Below, one piece after another: positions 47,596 to 54,458 of a stretch of DNA of 54,458 nucleotides. The notes below the pieces were generated by a model, which was not told where the DNA came from, made no database searches, and saw only the letters and a program-made list of their open reading frames with translations. This DNA comes from Burkholderiales bacterium (lineage in GTDB: Bacteria > Pseudomonadota > Gammaproteobacteria > Burkholderiales > Burkholderiaceae_C): the NCBI GenBank assembly GCA_038236495.1, contig JBBRZR010000001.1, forward strand, positions 1-54,458. The letters run 5' to 3'. The position numbers were made by a program, and so were the translations under genes. Position 1 is the stretch's first letter. Each line of letters starts with the position of its first letter.

Positions 47596-47599
47596 CTCC

Positions 47600-48406
47600 T
47601 CAACGCAGGGTCCAACCACCATCCAGGGTCAACGCGCTGCCGGTCATCGACGCAGCGGCATCAGACACCAGGAACACGGCCAGCGCAGCCAACTCCTCGG
47701 GCTGGATGAATTCTTTGCGCGCCTGGTGCAACAGCACCGTGTCGCGCGCCACCTGCTCGGTCGACCCGCCGTGCGCCTTGGCCTGGATCGCAATCTGCAT
47801 GTCGACCTGGGGCGTTCTCACGATGCCCAGGCAAATCGTGTTGGCGGTGATGCCGAACTCCACCAGTTCAAGCGCCACCGTCTTCGACAGGCCGATCAGG
47901 CCATGCGTGGCCGCCACGTAGGCCGAGTCGAATGGCGACCCGATCAGGCCGTGCGCCAAGGCGATATTGACGATGCGCCCGAAACGGCGGGCCTTCATGC
48001 CGGGCACCACCGCCTTGACCAGGTGGAAGGCCGACGTCAGGTTGGTCGCCAGCACGGCGTCCCACTGGGTGTCGCCAAAGTCTTCGACCGGCGCTGAGTG
48101 CTGGACGCCGGCGTTGTTGACCACGATATCGACCTGGCCAAACTCGGCTTGCGCCAACTCGACCATGGCGCGGATCTGCGCCGGCTGGCCCATGTCGGCG
48201 CTGGAGTAGCGCACCTTGACGCCATAGCGGCGCTCCATCTCAGCGCGCAAGAACTCGATCTCGCCCGCGTTGCCCAGGCCGTTCAACAAGATGTTGACGC
48301 CTTGTTGGGCAAGTGCGCGGGCGATGCCGAGTCCGACGCCGCTGGCGGACCCGGTGACGATGGCGGACTTGGCTTCGAGCATGGTGAATTTGTCGGACGT
48401 TTGCAT
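47600..48406 (-). CDS. 3-hydroxybutyrate dehydrogenase-like SDR with substituted catalytic residues
   Basis: TGSASGVG and NNAGVQH are present, but NIALAHG...FDSAYVAATHG replaces NIASAHG...FKSAYVAAKHG. Confidence 0.8.
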   Translation of the reverse strand: MQTSDKFTMLEAKSAIVTGSASGVGLGIARALAQQGVNILLNGLGNAGEIEFLRAEMERRYGVKVRYSSADMGQPAQIRAMVELAQAEFGQVDIVVNNAGVQHSAPVEDFGDTQWDAVLATNLTSAFHLVKAVVPGMKARRFGRIVNIALAHGLIGSPFDSAYVAATHGLIGLSKTVALELVEFGITANTICLGIVRTPQVDMQIAIQAKAHGGSTEQVARDTVLLHQARKEFIQPEELAALAVFLVSDAAASMTGSALTLDGGWTLR

Positions 48407-48463
48407 GAGAGGACTGTGGCTTGCGGGATGGATCGTCGCCCTGTGATCGGTGGCGACAAGTTC

Positions 48464-48518
48464 AGTGTGGGCGATGGTTGTCCCGCGCGTGTCTTGCTCA
48501 GATCACTTTTGTGTCACG
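48464..48518 (-). promoter_or_regulatory. Direct-repeat operator plus -10-like hexamer for the SDR-ECF-RR operon
   Basis: CGTGACACAAAAGTGATCT (48518-48500), 30 nt, then CACACT. Confidence 0.6.
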
Positions 48519-48558
48519 CCCGGTCCCCGCGACCCGCGATCGGCTTGTTCAGCCCCGC

Positions 48559-51500
48559 TCAAGCGGGTATGTCGCGCCGGCTACCGCCGCTGAGCGCCAG
48601 GCCGAACGTGAAGCGGGTGCCGCTCATCGAATCGCTGGTCACTTCAATCCACGCCCCGTGCAGGTCAAGGATGCGCTTGGTGATCGCCAGGCCCAGGCCC
48701 GCGCCGCTCGCCGTGCGGTGGGCGTTGTCGCCGCGGTAGTAGCGATCAAAGACAAACGGCAACTCGGCACCCGCTATGCCGCACCCGCTGTCGGCCACCT
48801 GTGCCACGACCTGGGTACCGTCGGTGCGCAGGGTGATGCTTACCCGGCCGCCGGCGGGTGTGTGCTGCAGGGCGTTGCCGAGCAGGTTCTCCAGCACGCG
48901 CTCGATCAGACTCAGGTCAGCGTGCACAAACGGCAAATCCTCCGCTGCATCGACGTGCAGCACCACCTGCTTGTGCTCGGCCATCAGCGCGAACTTGGCG
49001 ATCACATCATCGGCCAGCTCGGTCAACGGGAAGGCTTCCCATCGCAAGCTCACGCCTTTGAACTCGAGTTTGGCCAGCTCGAACAATTCATCGATCAAGG
49101 TCGAGAGGTGTTCGCTTTGGCGTACCGCGATGCCCAGGTATTCGTCGCGAAGTTCTGGCGTCAGCGCGTCGCGTTGGGTCGCGAGCACTTCGAGATAGCC
49201 GCGCAGCGAGACCAGCGGTGTGCGCAAGTCGTGCGACACATTGGCGATCACGTCGCGGCGCAGGTAGGTGTTTTCGGCCTCGAGGTCTTTGCTCAGCCGC
49301 TCGACCTGGGCCAGCGCCGTACCCAAATGCTCTTGCGCCTGCCGGCGTTCGGCGTTTTCCTGCTTCATCGTCGCGAACAGGCGCATGTTCTCGATCGCGA
49401 TCGCGGCCTGCGCGGCCAGGATGCGCAAGGTGTTCAGACGCTCGGCGTTGAAGACGCCTTCGGCATGGCGGTGTTCGAGGTAGAGCACGCCGACCGTGCG
49501 GCCGCGCACTGGCATGGGCAGGCACATCACCGAGCGTGGCCGGTGGCGCTGCACATAGGGATCGGTGTGGTGATGCTCGTCAGTGTCAGCGCGCGCCAGC
49601 ACCAGGCTCTCGCCAGTGCGCCGCACATAGCTGACGATGCCAACCGGTACAGCCTGCGACCGTTCGAGTTCCACGTCGGTCTCGTCGTGATCGGCGGCAT
49701 CAGCGGCATCAGCGCCAGCAGCCGAGTGCACGCGCGGACCCAGATCAGTTTCTAGCACCAGCCCACCACGCTCCGCGCCGGCGCTTTCGATGGCGATGAC
49801 GAGCCATTGCGCGAGCAGGGATCTGAGTTCGACCTCGCCGGCAATCACATGGGTCGACTTCAAGATGCTGAGAAGATCCAGCCCATCGACCGCCAGTGGC
49901 CCCAGCTCGGCCAGCAGTGCTGCGGCGGGCGGCGCCGCAACAGTGCCCCGCTCTGCCGCTGCGGCGTTGGCGTCGGTTGCCAGCCCAGGGTATTGCTGCT
50001 GCATCGCGCGGACCTTGGCCTGCGCGCCCCAGCGCTGGTAGCAGGCAAGTGCCTGCGCGAGATGTAGAGCAGCCAGGTGGTCTTGTCGGCGCCCGAGGCG
50101 AAAGCGGCCGTACAACTCGTGAGCGAGCGCCTGCATCGCAAGCAACGGCCGGGCCGCGGCAAATTCGATCGCCTGTTCGAACAGCGCGGCGACGTCGGGC
50201 CAGCGCCCATCGAGACGGGCAATTTCTGCCGCCAACAGCAACGCCTGGGCGCCGAAGTTGTCGTCGCAGTGCCGTGCACGGACCGCAAACGCAGTGGCTG
50301 CCTGCTCGATTGCGGCGCGGGCAGCGGGCGCAGCCTCGGCAGACAGGTCATCATGGTGAGCGGCCAGCGCCAAGGCGTGCCAGAACTCATGCTGTACCGG
50401 CCAGATCGTGCCCGGCATCTGCGCCACCAGAGGCGCCGCATGCTCAGCCGCCTGCAGCGCCTGCAGCGGACTGCCGAGTACGCTGCACAGGTGCAAACGC
50501 GCCACCGCATGGATGCCGGAAAAAAACGGGACGTCCACATAGCGCAAGAGGTAGTCGACCTCGTCCAGCGAGGCGTCGGTGAGCGACAGCGGCGCAGCAG
50601 TGCGGCCCTGAAGTGCGCGCGCCCAGTTGACAATCAAACGCAGGGTGTCGGCAAAAGCAGGGTTCTTCAGCTTCTCGATCAGCGCGACACTGGGCACGTA
50701 ATCGCGTACGAACTGCGCGAGGTCCTCGGTCGAGAAGAAGGCGGACCAGGGCCCGATAGCCGCACCGTAGGCGGCGTATAGGAAGTCGCCGCTTTCGAGT
50801 CCGCTGCGGTAGGCCTCGCGCGCATACGCGACACTGGTTTGCAGCGGCCGACACCACAGGTTCACGTGAGCCTGGAACTGGTGATGGATCTTGGCGCGCA
50901 GCCGTTTGTCCTCCAGCCGCTCATTGACCGCAAGCGCCAGGCGGCCGAACTGGTAGGCGGCCGCGTAGTCACCGCGCTGCGGGCCGACCGTGATGGCGTG
51001 CGTGACATAGCCGTAGGCTGACTCCTCGACATTGCCGTGTTCCAGCGACAGCCTGACCATCGCGGCAGACATCAGACTCGTCAGCGTCCCGGCACCGGTG
51101 AGGTAGGCCGCTGCCCAGCTCTCCATCAGCACCGACATCAACAACCGAATCGACGTATCGGCCATCAACGGCAAATCGATCAGCGCGGCGATCTCGCGCG
51201 GCCCGCGCAGTGCGTCGATGAGTTCGATCTCTTGTTGCAGCGCCGCCGCCTGCTGGTCTTCTCGCCTGGGCAAGACCAGACCTAGCAGCGCCAAGCCCTC
51301 ACTCGTGCTGGCCAGTGCGTCGCTGTATTGCCCTAGGCGTTCGTACTGCATGCTGCGCAGGCGCAATACCCGAACGCTCTCGATGGGCGTGCGGGCACGC
51401 AACAGCAGCGCAGCGCAGGCAGCGGGCAAGGGATCAGATGAGCCGCACAGGTACAGACCGTGCGCCGCCTCGAGGTGCAGCTCAAAACACAGCGCGTGTG

Positions 51501-53817
51501 CGTTGTCCCACGCCGCGTCACCGAGCAGATCGACGCCAGCCTGGAACAGCTGGAGCGCTGTGTCGTAGGCAGTGGCCGAATTGGCACGCCGGCCGGCGTC
51601 GAGGTTGAGCGCCGCGACGTCGTGGCGCTCCTTCGGGTCATGGATCAGCGCGCGTCCGAGGTTCAGGTGGTGGATGGTGTCGAACAGGCTGTCGTCGGCT
51701 GGCTGAGATCGGGTGCGCGCGAGCAACAGGCGTCCAACCGTCAGGTGCACCATGCACCGGCGCTCAGCGGGGATCAGCGCATAGGCTGCCTGCTGCACGC
51801 GGTCGTGCAGAAAGGTGTAGGCCATGGCCGCGTCGGGACCAAAGCCTGCAGCGCTGACGAGCACCAGGTTGTCGGCCAATGCGGGTGCGAGGTCTTCGGC
51901 GGTGGCGGCGGCTGACTGCTCGCAGACAACGCTGAGCACGGCGGCATCGAAGCGGTTGCCGATGCACGCTGCCAGCGTCAGCGCGTAACGGCTGCGCAGC
52001 GGCAGGCGCTCGATGCTGCGGGTCATCAGGTCGATCACGTTGACGGTCAGCGGCGCGAGGACAATGTCCTCGATGCGGTACGCCCAGCGCAGCGTGGCGC
52101 TGTCGAACCGCAAGTGGCCATCACGTTCGAGCAGCTTCAGGAACTGGATCACGAAGAACGGGTTGCCGCCCGTCTTCTGGTGCACCAGCCGGGCCAGCGG
52201 TTCGGCGTATGCTGCGTCGCTGTGCAGTGTGTCGGCGACCAGCCCTGTCAAATCGCTGGCCAGCAAGGGGCCTAACGAAATGCGCTGCAAGACGATGCCG
52301 GCGTTGGTCAGCGCGGCCAGTGTGCTGGTCAGCAGCGGCGAGGCGTCGAGCTCGTTGTCGCGGTAGGCGCCCATCAGCAGCAGGCGGCGCCCAGGGTCGC
52401 CGGTCAGCAGCGGCTCGAGCAACCCGAGCGTGGCCGCATCGGCCCATTGCAGGTCGTCGAGAAACAGCACCAGCGGGTGCTCGGGCCGCGCCACTGCGGT
52501 GACGAAGCGCTGCAGCACACGTTGAAAGCGGTTCTGCGTCTCGGTACTGCCGAGCGCGGGCGGTGGCGCCTGGGGGCCGATGATGAACTCGATCTCCGGG
52601 ATCACCTCGGCCAGCACGCCGCCATTCGGTGCCAGTGCCGTCACCAGCGTGATGCGCCATTGCGCGAGCTGGGCCTCGCTTTCGGTCAGCCACTGCCGTA
52701 CCAGGCCGCGAAAGGCCTGGACCAGGGCATCGAACGGCACACCGCGCGCCACTTGATCGAACTTGCCCGAGATGAAGTAGCCGCGCCGACGCAAGATCGG
52801 CTTGACCAGCTGCTGGATCAGCGCGGTCTTGCCGATGCCGGAATAGCCCTCGACCAGCACCAAGGTGCCGCGGTCGCATCCGCCAGTGCAGGCCTGCTCA
52901 AAAGCTTCGAGCAGCCTGTGCACCTCACGCTCGCGCCCGTAAAGGCGCGGCGCGATCACCAGGTGGCCACCGATGTCGCGCCGGCCCAGCAAGAAGGGTG
53001 ATATCTGTTGGTCTGCAGCCCATTCATGGGCACACCGGGCCAGGTCCTGGGCCAGTCCGTTGGCACTCTGGTAACGCTCGTCGGGGCTCTTGGACAGCAG
53101 CTTCATGACCAGCGCGGACAGCGTCGCCGGGATCTCGGCATCGACGCTGGCCGGTGCGCGTGCGGTGCCTGCGATGTGCCAGTGCACCCACTCGAGTGCG
53201 GTGTCGGCGCGATGCGGTGGGGCACCAGTGAGCAGCTCATACAGCACGATGCCCAGCGCATACAGGTCACTGCGTGCATCGACAGCCGCGTCGAGACGGC
53301 CGGTCTGTTCGGGTGCGACATAGGCCAGCCGGGCGGTCGTGCGCGGCGTGGCGGCCGCGGGGTCGGTATCGACGGCATCAGTGAAGTCGAACAGCCAGGC
53401 GCGGCCGTCGGCCGGATCGCACAAGATGACGTCCGGCCGGATGCCACGGTGCACGACCCCACGGCCGTGCAGCTCGGCCAGGGTGCGCGCCAGTTGCTGG
53501 CCGATCGCCAGCGTGCTGGCGATCGGCACTCGGGCCGAAGTCAGCGCCTGCGACAGCAGTGTGCCGCCTGGGTCTTCCATCAGCATCAGCGGCCCTGCCA
53601 CAGTCTCGACGGTGCGGGGCAACAGCGCTGCCAAGCTGGGCAGTCCCGCGGCAAGCGCGCATTCGTTGCTGAGCGCTGTCAGGTCGACCGCTGTCGGCGC
53701 AGTGCTGCGAGACCGTTTCAACAGCGCCGGCGTTGCGTCATACACGCGACGCCCCCGCAGCCACTCGAAGCGCTGATCGGCGACGAGCAGTGACAACGAC
53801 TCGAATTCGGGATTCAT
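48559..53817 (-). CDS. Ser/Thr-kinase-like - AAA ATPase - TPR-like - GAF - histidine kinase
   Basis: YVAPEQTGR, SDLYALG; GYSGIGKT; LFLDDLQWAD; GGNPFF; FLHDRVQQAAY; GAF; ANVSHDLRTPL; NLLGNA; GAGLGL. Confidence 0.9.
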   Translation of the reverse strand: MNPEFESLSLLVADQRFEWLRGRRVYDATPALLKRSRSTAPTAVDLTALSNECALAAGLPSLAALLPRTVETVAGPLMLMEDPGGTLLSQALTSARVPIASTLAIGQQLARTLAELHGRGVVHRGIRPDVILCDPADGRAWLFDFTDAVDTDPAAATPRTTARLAYVAPEQTGRLDAAVDARSDLYALGIVLYELLTGAPPHRADTALEWVHWHIAGTARAPASVDAEIPATLSALVMKLLSKSPDERYQSANGLAQDLARCAHEWAADQQISPFLLGRRDIGGHLVIAPRLYGREREVHRLLEAFEQACTGGCDRGTLVLVEGYSGIGKTALIQQLVKPILRRRGYFISGKFDQVARGVPFDALVQAFRGLVRQWLTESEAQLAQWRITLVTALAPNGGVLAEVIPEIEFIIGPQAPPPALGSTETQNRFQRVLQRFVTAVARPEHPLVLFLDDLQWADAATLGLLEPLLTGDPGRRLLLMGAYRDNELDASPLLTSTLAALTNAGIVLQRISLGPLLASDLTGLVADTLHSDAAYAEPLARLVHQKTGGNPFFVIQFLKLLERDGHLRFDSATLRWAYRIEDIVLAPLTVNVIDLMTRSIERLPLRSRYALTLAACIGNRFDAAVLSVVCEQSAAATAEDLAPALADNLVLVSAAGFGPDAAMAYTFLHDRVQQAAYALIPAERRCMVHLTVGRLLLARTRSQPADDSLFDTIHHLNLGRALIHDPKERHDVAALNLDAGRRANSATAYDTALQLFQAGVDLLGDAAWDNAHALCFELHLEAAHGLYLCGSSDPLPAACAALLLRARTPIESVRVLRLRSMQYERLGQYSDALASTSEGLALLGLVLPRREDQQAAALQQEIELIDALRGPREIAALIDLPLMADTSIRLLMSVLMESWAAAYLTGAGTLTSLMSAAMVRLSLEHGNVEESAYGYVTHAITVGPQRGDYAAAYQFGRLALAVNERLEDKRLRAKIHHQFQAHVNLWCRPLQTSVAYAREAYRSGLESGDFLYAAYGAAIGPWSAFFSTEDLAQFVRDYVPSVALIEKLKNPAFADTLRLIVNWARALQGRTAAPLSLTDASLDEVDYLLRYVDVPFFSGIHAVARLHLCSVLGSPLQALQAAEHAAPLVAQMPGTIWPVQHEFWHALALAAHHDDLSAEAAPAARAAIEQAATAFAVRARHCDDNFGAQALLLAAEIARLDGRWPDVAALFEQAIEFAAARPLLAMQALAHELYGRFRLGRRQDHLAALHLAQALACYQRWGAQAKVRAMQQQYPGLATDANAAAAERGTVAAPPAAALLAELGPLAVDGLDLLSILKSTHVIAGEVELRSLLAQWLVIAIESAGAERGGLVLETDLGPRVHSAAGADAADAADHDETDVELERSQAVPVGIVSYVRRTGESLVLARADTDEHHHTDPYVQRHRPRSVMCLPMPVRGRTVGVLYLEHRHAEGVFNAERLNTLRILAAQAAIAIENMRLFATMKQENAERRQAQEHLGTALAQVERLSKDLEAENTYLRRDVIANVSHDLRTPLVSLRGYLEVLATQRDALTPELRDEYLGIAVRQSEHLSTLIDELFELAKLEFKGVSLRWEAFPLTELADDVIAKFALMAEHKQVVLHVDAAEDLPFVHADLSLIERVLENLLGNALQHTPAGGRVSITLRTDGTQVVAQVADSGCGIAGAELPFVFDRYYRGDNAHRTASGAGLGLAITKRILDLHGAWIEVTSDSMSGTRFTFGLALSGGSRRDIPA

Positions 53818-53886
53818 CGTGAGTGACTGAAGGTTGGGCTTTGAGCAAACCTGCACTCTAGGTGCGCTGCATGGTACGCCGCCCGT

Positions 53887-53941
53887 CGTGACCCAAAAGT
53901 GATCTACGCCTGACCGGAAAGCGAAGTGGCGCAGCCAAAGT
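53887..53941 (+). promoter_or_regulatory. Direct-repeat operator plus -10-like hexamer for the secreted-protein gene
   Basis: CGTGACCCAAAAGTGATCT (53887-53905), 30 nt, then CAAAGT. Confidence 0.6.
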
Positions 53942-54057
53942 GGGTCCTGCGCTGAAAGGAACATTCACCGCCATCCCAGCGCCGCGGCCTCAACGTCCCG
54001 GTTGTGCTCCGCACACGACGCGCTTCACCCCGACTTCTCCACCCTCCAGGAGCTTCC

Positions 54058-54458
54058 ATGAACATGAGACTTTCCCTACTCGCGCTGGCCTGCGTGACGA
54101 CCTGGGTCAGCGCCCAAGGCCTGCCCCCGGCCACCCCGATCACCGAGATCCAACCCTCGCCAGCCTCAATAGGCGCGGACGTGCCGGCGACCTACTTCGG
54201 TACCGCACCATCGACGGTTCAGAAAGAGCTGATCGGCCCCTACCAATTGCTCAAGGCCGGTGTGCTGGACCAACAGGCTGGCACCATCACGCTGCCCTTG
54301 TACAAGGGCCAGCTCGCCAGCGGCGAGTCGGTCTGGTATGTTCTGACAGACACGACCGACGAAAAGAACGCCGAGGCGCTAGGCCTTAACTTCTCGTCGA
54401 AGCTGGTCTATGCGGATGTTGGCAAGGGCGTGCGCAAGGCATCGCAACAGCTGATTGC
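54058..54458 (+). CDS. Secreted hypothetical protein (partial, runs off the window)
   Basis: ATG after AGGAG; signal peptide MNMRLSLLALACVTTWVSA; open to the end of the window (TITLPLYKG...VWYVLTDTTD...GLNFSSKL). Confidence 0.75.
   Translation, partial: MNMRLSLLALACVTTWVSAQGLPPATPITEIQPSPASIGADVPATYFGTAPSTVQKELIGPYQLLKAGVLDQQAGTITLPLYKGQLASGESVWYVLTDTTDEKNAEALGLNFSSKLVYADVGKGVRKASQQLI

Noticed and set aside
1-54458. CRISPR arrays, tRNA/rRNA, transposases, integrases, phage genes
   Set aside because: No repeat-spacer arrays, RNA gene signatures or mobile-element motifs were seen on manual reading.

Overview
High-GC, Burkholderiales-like window (a Rhizobacter/Methylibium/Ideonella-type host is inferred from gene style, not proven). 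It reads as a general-stress-response island. Effector genes include BON, FUSC, DUF4126, hemerythrin, tsdBA, Ku-HTH/TPR-LigD, Lhr-PdeM, CsbD, ElaB-like, GlsB/YeaQ, CreA, an FtsH paralog and a DAGK-phosphoesterase-PAP2 operon. They surround a signalling core: a sigma54 gene (probably a second rpoN) with its own sigma54 promoter, an NtrC-type activator, five histidine kinases including an atypical bacteriophytochrome, a degenerate kinase-like multi-REC protein and single-domain receivers. I read six -24/-12 promoter candidates, a candidate tandem 12-bp enhancer and a recurring GacA/UvrY-like 18-bp palindrome directly from the DNA. The right end holds a separate module: a pseudokinase-AAA-GAF-histidine kinase, an SDR with substituted catalytic residues, an ECF sigma, a coupled 91-codon ORF and an OmpR regulator. 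Two promoters in that module share a 19-bp box (18/19 identical) and the same box-to-(-10) spacing. Several gene remnants suggest deletion scars. No tRNA, rRNA, CRISPR array, integrase or transposase was seen. All family calls come from manual motif recognition, not database searches.
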